Shown: piece by piece, positions 1 to 14,674 of the stretch | Position numbering within the stretch: the first letter of the stretch is position 1 | Layout: each line of letters starts with the position of its first letter | NCBI RefSeq assembly: GCF_009834535.1 | Contig: NC_045697.1 | Location: 110,796,001-110,860,000 of the forward strand | DNA length: 64,000 nucleotides | Source of the DNA: Camelus ferus | Taxonomy: Eukaryota | Direction: 5' to 3' | Notes under the pieces: model-generated | What the model was told of the DNA's origin: nothing | The model's input: only the letters and a program-made list of their open reading frames with translations | The model's database searches: none | Made by a program: the position numbers and the translations under genes

Positions 1-849
1 TCTCAGTCTCCCACATTGGTCAGGAAAGTTCAGGAATTTTCAAGTCTCTGGTAAAAGCCAAGGTCTTTTCTGTCTTATTTTGTAGCAGCCAAGTAGGAAC
101 TTGTAGAGAAATCTGTGAAACTATGGTGTCTGGCTGCCACAAGCTTCCTGGAATGAAAACTTTTCCTCCAGTCACTTTCCACATATGCAAGGTCTTCTTA
201 TTGGCAAATTCTAGCCTGAAGCAATGGGGAAGGAGATTCTAGAAAATGATGTTCCTCGTACCTGCTATGCAAAATTGATCTTAGGAGAGGGTATAGTAAG
301 GCAATGTTAATGGCTGACAATCTAGCAAAATGGCAAATAGATATAGAAACAGATAGACAGCATATATTGAAATGATTGTGTAGATTTTTTCCCTTTTATT
401 CAATTTGGTGAATCACATTGATATAACTTTTTGATGTAGAACTTCTCTAGACTAAGTCCTATTTAGTCATGATGTATTATTTTAAAATGTAGTTTGGGAT
501 CTAATTCTTTTACAATATCCTAAACAAACTATTAAGTATGTATATCATACATAAATGTTTTTGGTAAGAAATCTAAAAGGATGCACTACACTAAGAAAGA
601 AAGTGAATTGAGGAGAAAGTTTTGTGATATGAAAAGTGAGAACAAATAAAAGACTTAGTAATAATTATCACTACCAGAGTGAGCAGTGACTAAAAGTCAT
701 TCGAAAAAAGCAATAAAGTATCCAGCACTGTAAATTTTCATTTAAAAGTCAAGACAATTTTCATTTAGTAATACATTGTATTTGCTTGTTTCATAAAATA
801 CTACTTGCATGGTTATTTCTTATTTACCATACATTAGCTGACTTTAAAA

Positions 850-1045
850 TATTATTTTTTTAATTTTCATGGCAATGCTTTGAGGTAGATAACACTATTA
901 TTTCCATTTTACAGACGGGAAAAGTGAGACTTAAAAAGTAATTGATATGTCCAATATCACAAATCTGTGACATGGAACTTGGAGCTGGGGTTTATACCCA
1001 GGCAATTAGTTCCATGTAGTGCTATTATTTACTAATGTGTTATGC
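850..1045 (-). mobile_element. MIR
   Basis: Core ccattttacagacgggaaaagtgagactt. Confidence 0.7.
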
Positions 1046-3531
1046 TACTTTGATGGAGGGATAACTGAGAGTCTAGAGGATGGTACTGACATGCCAAAGT
1101 TTTTGCCTTTTTAAAGAAGAAAACAGAGAACACGAGGCACTGTACTTTTCTCTTTAGATCGGATGCTAATATTCATAACCTGATTGACTCTGACCATCCC
1201 ACAGGCACTGAATATACAAATTGTATTTCTAGCCACCCACATCCACTAACTTTTTATCATTACGATTTCAAATTTGGAGTTCACGGAAGTTGATAGGCCC
1301 TTCGCAGGCTGTGTGATCATTCCTGGTACAGTGAATTGTGGTGAGAGGGGATCATGAATATAAACACGTCTGGTGTAATTGACCCTTATTGGACTAGAGG
1401 GCAGTTCTCGAAGAATTGAAAATTGTGATTTTGGCACAGAGCTCAAAAAGTTTTACAACAATGGCCCGAACCTAGTTGTTTATGTGGCTTATCCATCTCC
1501 ACCTGGATTCTAAAGTGCCCAGATCTCAGTCTAGCACCTTGCAAGGGGTCAACAAGCAAGAACTGTGATCAAAGTAACGCTGAATGCCAAAGGCTCAAGG
1601 AATCTTTATAAGAAGGATGATAAGAATTTTTCCATTTCCAATTGTTATAAGCAAAAATAAAAAGGTTCTAGTTTATAGTCAGAGAGATTTTATTTAAACA
1701 GAAGAAAAATTTACTGGATTTACTCCTTAGTGATCGAAAGTACTTCCTTTATTGTTACATTCTACTTTACCCTCTCAATTATAGTCCATGAAGTAAACAT
1801 TGACCCACCTGGATGTACGGGGGCAGGAAAAAGATATTTTTTTAACTTGGGTAGTAACCATTACTCCAAATATATTATTTCAAAGAGGGAATAACTCATC
1901 CTAGAAAGAGAAGTACCCATCGTTTATCTTGTAACAGCTCGTATTAAGCATTAGCGTGCGGCAGATTATCTGCTGCATGAAATACGCAGTTTTCAGGGAC
2001 TCAGCCGCCACAAATCTTGGTTCAATATGTGCGGGTGGGACACACTCCGTTTCCGGAGATTCTGACATGAGTGCTTCATACACTTCACTTAAGAAACATT
2101 CATCTAAGAAACGTCATGTTGCTTTCAGTCCTTGGTGGGGGGCTGTTTTCCTCTCTCCAAACCCGTAGAGGTCTGCAAAATACTCCTCCTGCCCCAGGAT
2201 GATGAGTTAGTTACTTTGTTGGAAGATCTTCTGTAGGATTTCGAGTGGTCAACTGATCTTTGTTTAAATTTACCTACAGATTTACCCCTTTTGTTGCTCT
2301 TTATTGTTTCTTGCAATTATTTCCCTCTGGTATTTTGTGAATTTGTTTATAATACTTGTTTTTTCTCTTAGTTATTGCCCAATTTTTGCCTTTTTTTATG
2401 CCTCCTTATTTCCTTTGAAAAATTGTAAAGTTGATTCGAGACTTTGAGTGATATCGTTGTCCTCCAGAGGAGACTGGCTTTTTCTTTTGGCAGACAATGG
2501 AGACATAGACGGGAATTCATAGAAAACGGGTTGATCTGTTTTGAATCAGAGCCTCGGTGTTTTTAAGTGTTTGTCTAATTCCATTTCGCTCTTACTCTTA
2601 CAGATTAGTCTTTATGATCTAAAGCCTGGAATGATTACCAGTCCTCTCCTTCCTTGGCCCCAGTCCGAGGAGACTGTCAAAAGCATTATTCAGCTTTTAA
2701 CATCTTCTCCTTTGGGGGAAAGCAGCACCACATGCGGAGATCTCCACTGTGAGCTTCACTTCTTCCTGGACTCTTGGCTCCTGGGGTCTTCACTGCCTTA
2801 GTAATACTCTTGCTCCCTTGTGTGCTTTGTAATTTATATTGCAAAGTTGGTGGTCCTTGGAATTCTCTCTTTGCTTTCTTTTAGGGTCTCAGATGAAGAT
2901 TCCTTCCTACAGAGCCAATTTATATATATTTTTTTCTCTCCCAGTTGCCTGGGAGTGCTACTATGCTAGACTCATTTCAGTAGAGTTACTTGATTGAGGT
3001 TTTTGCTACCACACACAAGGTCTGAATTCAGTCTGAAAACCCACATGAGGATTGTATAATGCCTTCAAATTCTCATATAAAATTTTTCCCTTTGCCTAGC
3101 GGGATGATTGATGCTAGCTAGTTTCTTACTGTCTCTTTCTGCACAGTGGGTTTATTTCTCATTAGCTTGTGAACATTTAACTCCCATCTTTAAGGATAAG
3201 TACCCATTAACCTCCCTACCTCATGCAGAACCTAACCTTTATTTCCTATTGCTGTCACAATGAAAGTCTGTCAACTTGAGCTTCAGAAAAATACTCTCAG
3301 GATAGCAGCTGGCCTGTGTACTTGCTTCCTCATAGAAGTCTGCTTTCATTTGGTTGTTTTGTCTGGTTTTGGTGCTGTGTTTGAGTGTTTGTTTGCCTAT
3401 ATACATATTTTCTTTCTAAATAGCAGTACTTTTGAAAACATGATTCTGACAATATTTGTTTCCAGTACTTCACATTGTTTTGCAGTGGAAGGGAGCTAAA
3501 TAGAATAATGCCCATTCTGGAACTGTCCATT

Positions 3532-4381
3532 ATTAATTTTTTTTATTGAAATATAGTCAGTTACAATGTGTCTGTCTCTGGTATACAGCACAATGTCCCA
3601 GTCATGCATATCCATACATATATTCATTTTCATATTTTTTTCCATTAAAGGTTATTACAAGATATTGAACATAGTTCCCTGTGCTATACAAAAAAAAACT
3701 TTTAAAAATCTATTTTTATATATAGTGGCTAATATTTGTAAATCTCAAACTCCCAAATTTACTCCTTCCCTCTCCCTTTCCCCAGTAACCATAAGATTGT
3801 TTACTAAGTCTGCAAGTCTGTTTCTGTTTTGTAGATGAGTTCATAGTGTCCTTTTTTTTTTTTTAAGACGCCACATATGAGTGCTATCATGGTATTTTTC
3901 TTTTTCTGTCTGGCTTACTTCACTTAAAATAACGATCTCTAGGTCCATCCATGTTGCTGCAAATGGCATTATTTCATTATTTTTTATGACAGAGTAGTAT
4001 TCCATTGTATATATACTCAGCTTCATAATCCAGTCATCTGTTGATGGACATTTAGGTTATTTTCATGTCTTGGCTATTGTAAATAGTGCTGCTATGAACA
4101 TTGGGGTGCAGGTGTCTTTTCAACTTAGAGTTCCCTCCTGATATATACCCAGAAGTGGGATTGCTGGATCACATGGTAAGTCTATTTTTAGTTTTTTGAG
4201 GAATCTCCATTCTGTTTTCCATATTGGCTTCACCAACCTACATTCCCACCAACAGTGTAGGAGGGCTCCCTTTTCTCCACACCCTCTCCAGCATTTATCA
4301 CTCTTGGACTTTTGGATAATGGCCATTCTGACTGGAGTGAAGTGATACCTCATTGTAATTTTTATTTGCATTTCTCTGATA
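3532..4381 (-). mobile_element. 5'-truncated LINE-1 (ORF2 C-terminus plus 3' UTR)
   Basis: ORF2 peptides [21 protein letters not shown] and YTMEYYSVIKNNEIMPFAATWMDLE. Target-site duplication tggaactgtccatt (3518-3531) / tggaattgtccttt (4382-4395). Confidence 0.95.
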
Positions 4382-7300
4382 TGGAATTGTCCTTTAAATG
4401 AAAGTTTATCTTTAGTGTAAAAAGAAAATTTTATCTTCCTAGAAGTAGTGTGGTCGTGGAGTATCTTTTGCAGAAGGGTATGTGGCAGTATGTCTTATGA
4501 GTATTCTTTATCTCTTCCTCTAAGACAATTTTAAATCAACATTTTTTTTTTTGCTAACATTTTTCTTTTTTAAAAATAGAACCTGTCTTAATTGACACTG
4601 TCATCCACAACATGCATATGCCAAAGACAGCAAATTTATTGGGGAATTGGAGAGAGAAATGCATATGGGTCTCTCTTTATTCCCAGGAAAGCACTGAACT
4701 CAGCTATTCTTTGGTCATTTTTTTCTTCAGTTTCCTGAAAATATGGCTCAACTTAGAGTCATTCTGTAACGTTGACTGTGTTGGAGTGCTCTGTTAGCAA
4801 TATGAGAAGAACAACAAAGAAATGGGAAACATAGTCACCACAGACACAGTATCTAAAGACCATCTTTATTAAGCAAACCTATCAAAAGACCAAGATATGG
4901 CAATATTCCTGTGATTGGAAGAAAATCTTAGAGACATTTTAAAAAAGTTTTAATATACAAAAGCTGATCATTTCTACCTGTAACTGTGTAATTCTCCCAC
5001 TGGTAACTCGAGAAATAGAACTTCCTGCCTGTCTTCCTCACTTTATCCCTCCTCGCTTTCAGAATTTCCCTCCATCTTTAGGAATTCACCTAATGTCATC
5101 ATACTGACAGGCTTATAAATAAATGAATGGAAAACAAGCCACAGGCTTTCAGAGAAGACAGGCAGTTAAGTGGGACAGCTTAAATGTAGAGCAGCAGAGG
5201 CTTGTGAGGTCCTAAGAGGGAAGATGATTTAAGGGATAAGTAGCTGAGATTTATTGAGAACCACCCTCATGTTCAATAAAGTCAGTCCATGTGACAGCAT
5301 CTCAGAACCGTGATCTAGTCAGAAGCTGATACTGTGATCAGTTTTTGTACTTTGTTTTCATGACAGAAACACAGAGTAACAGAAAGACTGAACAATATGG
5401 AAAGTGGTTCTAGATATTTATCAGAGGGGGAAAAAATGCTGTTCTGTTGCCTTAGCGCTGAATGGGATTCAAGGGAAATAAAAATGAGTGAGATCTTAAC
5501 TCCTGCCACTACAAGGTCCCTACGAAGCCAAGTCTGTACTTTAAAATCCATGACTTGTATCACCGCACTCCTGGTTTCAAATTTCGGATCGCATAGGAAT
5601 AGATCCAGCCACATGTGTAAGACAAAACCATGCTGAAAGTGGCTGAACAGAAATAGAAGGGTTTTTTTTTTTCCTCTTTTAAACATCTAGGAGTTTGAAA
5701 TTTGGCCATCCAGGGTGAAAGCGTGGGCATCATCACATCTCACCCCCACTCCGCTGGCATCACATCTGTTCCCAGAAGTCAGGAAGAAAGGCAGGAGCCG
5801 GCTTAGTCTGTTTTAAGTGCCTGAATTACAGTGTTCCTAGAAGCCCCAACTAATGGCATCCATGTATTGTTAGCCAGAACTGTGTCCGCAGCTGCCTCTG
5901 TCTACAAAGGAAGATGGACAATGTAGTTTTTAGGTGTTCAGATTACCATCTCAAGAAATAACAATTGTGGATGGAGAATAAAAGGAGATTGGATACTGGG
6001 TGGTCCACTTACCAGTGCTCTGTGGGGTATGTACTTCACCTTACTATCTGGCAGGGGCTGTAGAGTATCATATATGCTTATTACTTGACCACATATTTAT
6101 GATTCTCCTACAGAGGCACATTGTCAGGAGGTGAGGGCGCATTCAAGAGGTGGGGCCATTTTTCTTGGCTTAGCCAATAGAATTGAGAGAAGTGATATGT
6201 GTCATTTCCTTGGGGAAGACTGAGAACTGGTATGCATTTGCTGTCTGGTGCAGAACTGGTAATGTTCTAGATGGCAGTTGCTTTGCCAGCCTGGGTCCAT
6301 GTGATTACAATGAGCAGAGTTCTTTGGCTGATCATGATAGGCGTCGAGGATGCCACTTGTGTATGGTGTCGAGTCACAGCGATTCAAGGGTTACTTTTTA
6401 CTGTCACGTGATCTAGCCTACCATCACAGTTACTTTCTAGCCCGAGATCTTAGAGAGTATCTGGTCATTTCTATTTCTTTATCAGTTTTTACATCATTTT
6501 CTCTTTGTATGCCTTTTTTTTTTTTTTTTGCCTTTCTCTTCTTTCCTTTCACTGATCCTCACCACAGCCCTACCATCTCTTTCAAAGTGAACAGCACCTC
6601 TGAATACCGTCTTTCTCCGTTACTGTCACTGAGCTCATAGAGCTACTTTCTCTGAGCTATGAAATAAGATAGCATAACTTACAGTGGCTCCGTCATCCTC
6701 GCCTTAGAACATCTTAAAGCAATAAGCCTTAACCAGCCAAGTGCCCTGTCTAGCATCTCAAATTGTCTTATTTTTCCACCTTTCCTTCCAAATTGTGGGT
6801 AAGGTTGAAGATTGGTACAAAAAGAAGCCTCTTCAGGTTGAATGCTTGATTAAACCTGATCATAGCTCAGCAAGTAAGTGAAGGTTTTGATTTAAATTTC
6901 TGTGGTACCAGCCAAGAATGCAAAGGGTAAATAGGAAAGTTGATTCCAGATCACAAGATGTAAGGTTTAAAATGTAACTGAAATGACATAAAAGAGCATA
7001 TTTCTTGAAACTTCACACATTCTAGTTAGAGTAGGCTTAATTGGCTATATATTGCTATGTTTAGATGTCATGATTATGGTATATTTTTAAAGTAGAGACA
7101 AGTAATACCTTCAATTGGTAAGAAAGTTTTTGTGATGATTACATCCCACAGAGATGATAGAAATTACCTAAATGTGTCTTGCTTTAGAAGTAAGATATTA
7201 TGTAGTAATTAGGTCACAATGATCAGATTTATAACAAGTATATTAAGTGCACATTAATAGTAGAGAATGAGCAAGACTGTTGGAACTTAGAACTCATCTT

Positions 7301-7679
7301 TGAAAGTTTAATTATGCTAAATAGAGAGTGTCCTGGCATGATGATAAGGAGTTAAAGATTCTATTCCTCCCACTCTCTAATTATTTAGGGGTCTTTAATG
7401 AAATACATTATTCTCTCTGTCTTAGACACATCTCTGTTGATACTCAGGGAGATACATTCATTTACTCAAGGTAAAATAACACCCCTAAATCCCAGGTTAA
7501 TTACCCCTAGCAAGAATATGCATAGTTATGTTAGAAATAATCAGAAATTGCATCTTTTGCGGTAGGCACTAGTTATTTTTGTTGGTTTGTTTGTTGTTCT
7601 TTCCAAATGTCAATATTTACTCTGAAGCTGCTTCTCCCACATCCCAAGTGGTTCTTCTGTGGTGGGCAAACTCCGTGCT

Positions 7680-8125
7680 CAAGGGATAATTTATCATGAG
7701 TTGTGGATTGTTGGATTTGATTTGCTAATTATTTAGAAGTGCTTTTTTCATCTTCTTGCATAAGGCACATTGGCCTGTAACATCCTTCTGTTTTTTCAAT
7801 AATGTCCGTCAGATTTTAGTATTAATGTTATATTGGCCTCAAAAAATGAGCTAGGAATTCATTCTACCTCCTCTAAATCATCTGTGCAAGATTAGTGCTG
7901 TTTCTTCCTTGAAGATTTTTAATGTAATTCATCAGTGAAACCATCTGGGTCTGGAGTTGGTTTTTTAGAGGCTTTGGATAAAAAATTAATTTCTCTAATA
8001 GTTATATATGTTTCTTCTTATTTGGTAAGTTGTATTTTCCAAAACTCCGTCCACTTCTACACTGGCACATTTGTTTACATAGACTTTTTCATAGTATTGT
8101 TTTATTATCCTTTTAATGTCTTTGT
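7680..8125 (-). mobile_element. Old LINE-1 ORF2 fragment
   Basis: ttcatcagtgaaaccatctgggtctggag resembles 26585-26610. Confidence 0.65.
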
Positions 8126-8329
8126 TGAGAAGCATACCAATACTTCTAATAAAGATTCATTACTTTAAAAAATTTTAGCCTTGTAAATATTGATCTTTAC
8201 TCCTCTTCTTTTCTCATTTTATGAGCTACCTGAAAGAAATCTGATCTGTTTCCATAATTTCAATAACCCTTTATAGTAACAGTATCTACGCCTGATGGCA
8301 CATGAGAAATACCTATCTGCTCTTTAAAA

Positions 8330-8457
8330 AATACTATATTCTGCACTTCTCTCCAAACCAATTAAATCAGAATTTCTGGAGGAAAAACCCAGATGTTGGT
8401 GTACCCAACATCTCCCTTAACAGCTCTAATGGGCAACTATGGTAGGGAATCACTATT
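8330..8457. mobile_element. MER5A-like hAT DNA transposon fragment
   Basis: ccaattaaatcagaatttctggag...tctaatgggcaactatggtagggaatcact. Confidence 0.55.
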
Positions 8458-8589
8458 TGAAATGCTCAAGACCCTAAAACTCAAACTTTTGCTAAATATT
8501 CTTCTGAGAACCTGAAGTCAACTTGTTTTTCAACTGCCTCATGGGTTGTTCAAGAAATCTGAGTTTATTACCTTCATCTCTGAAACTTG

Positions 8590-9060
8590 CTTTTCTGTAT
8601 TTTTTATTATAAATGAACATAATTGAGGCAGATTTATATTAAAAATACACTGTAGTGTAGAAAAATACATATACCGTATGTAACTGTCACTCTCATCAAG
8701 TTATGCCTTCCTGTCATCCCAAAGAAACCCCCCTGCTCCTTTGCTTTCACTAGTCCCATCCTTAACTATAGTGACCATTGATCTGGTTTCTGCCAAACAT
8801 AGATTAGTTTAGCCAATTCTAGAATCCCATATAGATGAAGTCAGGCAGAGTGTCTAATTTTGTTTCTGGATTTTTCCTTCTCAGTATAATGTTTTTGAGA
8901 TATAAGATGTCTCTATATTATTATGTATATCTATAGTTTTTCCTTTTCATTGATGCATAGTATTCCATTGTATGAGGATAACCTGTTTAGTTTATCTTGT
9001 CACTAGTCAAAAAACATCTGAGTTGGTTAGAGTTGTAGGCTACTATGTCTCAAGCTGCTT
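8590..9060 (-). mobile_element. Old LINE-1 3' region (L1M-type)
   Basis: gaccattgatctggtttctg...tagtattccattgtatg motifs. Confidence 0.6.
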
Positions 9061-9069
9061 ATCTTGCAG

Positions 9070-9856
9070 CAGTAATGAAGCTTTTTCAACTGTCATCTTG
9101 GACTTCTAAAGTTAGACTGCCATATGTCCAAATAAATTACAAATCCTGATTTCTTCTTACAATGTCAAGTTAGTGAAAACAAAGTCAAGGACTCAGGAAA
9201 ATAAGTAAAATTAATATTGGGTCTTGGAAAGAGTCCACGAAATAGGACTGTCAGAACTCTAGCCCCCCTCTCTTACCTCCTTCCTCCTACCATGATCAAC
9301 TAGAATGCCCCCCAGGGGCAGGGAGCATTTGATCTGCCTTGTCACCCCAGTCTGAGGCCTGGCCACCACGTGGCCAGCTGAGTGTCAGACCTGTCAAGAG
9401 CAGAGACCAGTGTTAAGCCCTCTCCCTAGCTCCGTTCCTCAGAGAACCAACCAGCTGTTTGGTAGTGGGCTGATTACTCAGAGGCAGCAGGGAGGACTTG
9501 TTCTCAAACAGACACTCTGCGTATGAATTTGCATTTCCTACCTGCAGTGCTTCCATCAGCATTACCATCTGTGGAGTTACTGGGTGCCCTATTTGCTGTT
9601 GTGGCATTCGACACAGTATTCTCAGCAAACAACTCATTTAATAGTCAGATAGATGAGGAAAAGGCCAACACTCACAAGATCCACAAGGCATTGTCACGTA
9701 CCCCACCAGCTGGCAGGGTGAAATGATGCAACAGCCTAATAACGGTTCTGTCATGGCCCTGCCTGGATGGTGTTCCTGCGAGGATGCTGACCTGTCCTAT
9801 AAAGTTTTGATGTATGTTTTGAGACAACGGCAGCACATACAGTTTCCGTGTGGGTT
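9070..9856 (+). mobile_element. ERVL/MaLR internal sequence, resuming after 10640
   Basis: Degenerate MaLR-internal motifs; the segment gggttc|aggaaataaggagtgg is split by the LTR below. Confidence 0.5.
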
Positions 9857-10640
9857 CGTCACCAGTTGTGGGTTCTGGCCAACAGAAGTCCCACTGAGAT
9901 GGAATGAATTACTCGAGACTCTGTGGAAAAAGTCAAGAGAGTGAGAGGGAGTTGGGAGCCAACTCCACGAACCTCTCAAATGCTCCCACATTTATTGTGT
10001 ACAATCAAAGGAGAAATCACTGACAGTTGTGTGATGGAATGCAGGAATTTAGGGAAAGACAGGGTGGGATTGAGATTGTAGAGTCTGGCTCAAGGTCAGA
10101 AGACCCTTTGTGTTTTGGTAAATCATGTTCGTGTTGGCACCAGCGAGCCTTACAGCTTATCAGGGTGGAACATATGAGAAGCAGCTGCTTAACATTTTTC
10201 TTGGACTCAGGCGGCTGTGCTGTCTTAGGTTGCCCCCCTCTGGGGGTCTTACCCGTCCTTGGCTAACCAGCCTTCTCATCTCTGAGTCTGCAGCTTTTTA
10301 CAACTTGCTTACCATTCCAGCCCAAGGCTCGTTCCTTCGGTGGCCTACAGTTTACCTTTAGGGAAGTCATGGGAAGAGGGGAGCAAGATACATTCTTATA
10401 GATATGTTAAAGCAGACCGCCAGCCCGGCCAGTTCCTTGCTTTGGGGATAGAAGACTATCTAACAGCAGGCACGCCCAGCGCTTATAGCCGAGGGTCTGG
10501 GTCGTTGCTTTGCAATGAGCAGAGTGCTATCTAAAACCTCAACGATGCAAGCAAGACAGTTACTAAGCACATTTGCTCTTCTTTAAGGAGACAAGCGGCT
10601 GGGGTCTGTTACAATTTGTTAACCCATTCGTGGGCTCCCA
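9857..10640 (-). mobile_element. Solo ERV LTR
   Basis: About 780-bp GC-richer block ending ctcccaca. Minus-strand AATAAA near 9990. gttc occurs on both flanks. Confidence 0.6.
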
Positions 10641-10690
10641 CAGTTCAGGAAATAAGGAGTGGAAAAAAAAGTGGTTTTTATCATTCTACA

Positions 10691-10905
10691 CAGTGTTCTC
10701 AGTTGGGCCCTAACCCCCCATACCTGCCAGAGATACCTGGCAATGTCTGGAGACACTTTTGATTTGCATGACTCTGAGGATGCTACTGGCATCTAGAGAT
10801 GGAGGGCTGGGGTGCTGCTCAGTACCCTGCAGTGCACAGGACAGCCCCCGACAACTGAGAACTAGCCATTCCAAATGTCAGTAGTGTGAAGGCTGGTAAA
10901 CTCTG
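10691..10905 (+). mobile_element. MER20-like hAT DNA transposon
   Basis: cagtgttctca...tggcaatgtctggagacactttt...tgctactggcatctag...tgcacaggacagcccc...ccaaatgtcagtagtg. Confidence 0.85.
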
Positions 10906-11499
10906 TCCAACACCTCGTGGCACATTCACAAACGTGGGATTGCCATCCGTGCAACCTTGGGTCCTACTAATTAAGAACTCTTAGGTCTCAGGGATGAAAT
11001 TGTTATCACCTGTGGCCAGCTTACAGCGATGCAGACCACAGCAGCTACGCGTGGTGTCTTCTTCTGTTGTGTATGCATTTCCCCTCTCCATTTAGCTATC
11101 TTACGTGAGGAGTGTAAATAGTAGCTAAATTAATAATTCAGCCTCTAGGTCATAAAATAATCAGGATTGTGACTGGTTTAAAGAGGAAATAACATAATAT
11201 AGGTATGAATACTGTGCCGTTTGGGAATTCATGTTTTCATTTGGGGGAGTGTAATTAAGCTCCTCTTGTTTGTACAGAAACAATTGCATCATTTTAAACG
11301 GAAGCGTGATGTTACTCTTTTTGTTGTATGAAAGTTTAACATGGGCATCACCATAAGAATAGAAGCTGAGTGAGAGTCAGATGGAGCAGACTATGAAACT
11401 TTCCTACTGGCCACTCCAATTCCCTCTCCCTTCTATGCTTTGCTCTCACATAACCAAACTCACAGCCTGTCTTTACAGAATTACGTTGGTTGACTTATT

Positions 11500-12600
11500 C
11501 TCTGAATTCTTTAGTCATGATTAACCACTTATTCTTCTGTGTTCCTGTACATCTTATAAATATCTCCAGCATAGCACTAAATATAGTATAGTAGGGTTGG
11601 TTTTTTTTGGTTTATATTAATCTCTTTACATTTAGATTATGAGATCATTCCTAGTATTTAAGCAGTGTCTGAAGCATGATAGAGGTATAATAAATGCATT
11701 TGAAGTATAGTATGGGTCCAATAAATGCTTGATGAATTTATATTTGAAGACATTAAAAGTTTGGTTATTGAAATATCTCTGGTTTTCTCAATAGGAAAAA
11801 AACAACACAGTGGACTAAATAAATAAAGATATATGTATTAATTTAATTATTAAAATGAATAGTGGTTCAAAAAATAACCAACTTGAGATATGTACAAAGA
11901 AAAACACCAATTTAGTAAACAATTAGAGAGCGTTTACACCATAGAGCAGGCACCACTACCACAGAAAGTGCTTGGAATAAAAAATGTAAGATATAGTCCC
12001 TGATTTTGAGCAGTTCACGATCTAGTTAGTCTAACAAATAATTAAACTGTAGTTCAATTATGTCTTTCTTTTTAAATTTCAATAAGAATAAAGTCTTTTT
12101 GTAACTTCTGGGAAATGCGGGGAAGGCACTTCATATCAACATGGCAGTGGACATTCCAATTTGGTCTTGACAGATGCACCAGAGATCAACATCAAGAGAA
12201 CGAGAAGAGAACTGGCTTCATGAACATGGTATATAAATGCTATTTATATGAAGGGAGAAAATTATGCAAGACCGTGTGCATTTGGAGACGAGTGAGCATG
12301 GGTCTGTACAGTGAGACAGAGAACAGCAAAGGCTAATCCTGGAGAGGCAAGTTGAGGCCAGATGATGGAAGACTGTCGACGTCCTTCTAAGTAATCTGGG
12401 CCTTCCCCTGTAGGTAATGAGGAGCCATTGAAGGCTTTCAATTAGAAAAATTGCATCCATGCTTATACAAAGCATAGACTACAGTGGGGAAAAACCGGTT
12501 AAAGAAAGGTGGGCAACGACAATGGCTGGGTGAAATCACTAAGATGGAGAGGAGGAGGCAAATCAGAGCAGCATTCAGGTGATACAGTTGCTCATCCCTG
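11500..12600. mobile_element. L2 fragments
   Basis: gtaggtaatgaggagccattgaaggcttt and aataaatgcttgatgaat motifs. Confidence 0.45.
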
Positions 12601-13490
12601 CCCCCAGATGTGCAAAGGGAAGATAATGCAAAAGAACCCATGATAATCTTGATTAAATCCTTGCATCTTCCTTTAAATTAAAATTTTATTTTCTGAACCT
12701 ACTCATCTGGGATTTGAGCATTGTAGGAAACATGTGACCAGTGTGTGTTGGTGTGTATTATTTGACAGCTATTAATTTTGAAATCCATTAAACATGGTCT
12801 TTGAAAACATTAGTGTGTAGATAAATTCTTTCGTGCTCGTACAGATAACCGCTGAGAAAGAATGAAGTTTAAAATCTAATTATCTTTGGTGAAAAATGAT
12901 GTATATTTCTGCAGAGGAGGTAAATTATTTATTTGAATTTCAGTACGTAGTTTCTGTTTGACTTTACCATCTCTGAGAATTTGTTATTCATTATGAAAAA
13001 TGGGTAGAATTATGAGCACAGCTTGCAAGAATCCTTTTGGACTCCTCTGGAGTTTAACTTCTCAGTAGACATGGTATATCTTTCCTAGTAGTCAATGTAT
13101 TTTGTTAAATATGGGCACTGGATATCGTAGTCTCTGGTCTGAAGTAGGTTTGATGGGAGGTTCCTGTAGCTGAAACACTGGTATTGAATGTTTCTGTGCA
13201 TAAGATAGTGAGCAGTGTGTAAGTATAGCAAGGAGTCCATTGTACACTCCTATGTGTGCTTCCTTAAAAGGAACCATAGTTTGTAATAAAGGGTCTGCCC
13301 TGAACACATCTATTATGTCTACACAAGTGGAATGTTATTAACATGCTAGGTTACATTTAAGCTTACTGTTAGCCTGTAGCCTTTCTAGAGATCAATTTCA
13401 AGGAATACAAGTAGTACATAGATATAGATATACTTGTATATATAATTATAAACATAATATGTAATTTTTTAGTGTCCCCGGTTTCCCCAG

Positions 13491-14093
13491 TGTGGAATAA
13501 GGTGGCTCCCCATGATGCTCACCTCCCAGTGTCTGTGACTGTGTAACTCCCTCCCCTTGAGGGTGATAGGACCCGAGACTTGCTTCTAGCCAATAGAAAA
13601 AGACAACAGTGATGAAATGTCACTCTTGTGATTGGTTATATTACAGTTTGTGAGACTCTTTCTTGCTAGCAGACACATGCTAGGGCTTCTCCTCGTTGGC
13701 TTGATCAAGTAAATGGCCTCGTTAGGAAGACCACATAGCAAGGCACTGTGAACAGCTTCTAGGAACCACGCCTGGTCTCTGCAGCTGAGGGTAGCCTCAT
13801 TATATTATGTCACCAGCTCATACCTAGCAAGCATCTGGGGCCCTCACTTCTTTCACAGAAAGGGAAGGAATTCTGCCAACAACCTGAGTGAGCTTTGAAG
13901 CAGATTTGTCTCCACATAAGAGCCTCCAGATGAGAATGCATCCTGGCTGACACCTTGATTGTGAGACTCCAAGTAAAAGACTCAAACTGTTACCAGCCTC
14001 TTGATTCACAGAAACTATGAGATAATTAATGTGTGCTGCTTTAAGCCACTAAACTTGTGGTCATTTGCTGTGCAGCAGTAGAGAATGAACACA
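13491..14093 (+). mobile_element. MLT1 (MaLR) LTR
   Basis: ggaattctgccaacaacctgagtgagctt...gctgacaccttgattg...gctttaagccactaaacttgtggtcatttgctgtgcagcagtag. Confidence 0.85.
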
Positions 14094-14674
14094 TCTTCTC
14101 AACTCAGTAGCAGAATGCTTTGCAGACCGTCAGAGTCTGAGATGCTTCTTTGTCTGGCACGGCTGTGTTGCATGAACACTCTACATAATTATCTGGACAT
14201 CAGCAGTGACATCAGAGGAAGGGTGGAAAGACAAGAGAAAAGCAAGGGAAGAGGGCAAAAAAAAAAAAAAACTCAGAGAAGAGTAATTAAGTGGGTAATT
14301 TTTGGCAACTATTCACATTTCATAATTTTAGCCTTATTAACTGCGAATCTGGTTTTACTGTCTTTAACCCCATGGTGACCTCTAAAGTGGACGCGCCTAA
14401 TGTAGGCTCAAATAGTTTGAGAGCTTCTTCTTCCCCCTGCATGAATCATCACGCCTAGCTTGGTTCCTGGGGACACATGGACAACAGTCCCCTCCCCATT
14501 TAGAAATTTTGAAAGGGCAAAGAGAACAGGAGACTGCAGTTGGAGAAGGAGGACCCACTGGTGCTGACTGCTGCCTGCTTAGAGCTGATTCATTTTCTGC
14601 CAGATACTTTATAATAACTTTTCACACATGACTTTCCTTTAGTACATTTTTCTCTGTTGTAACTTACATGATTA

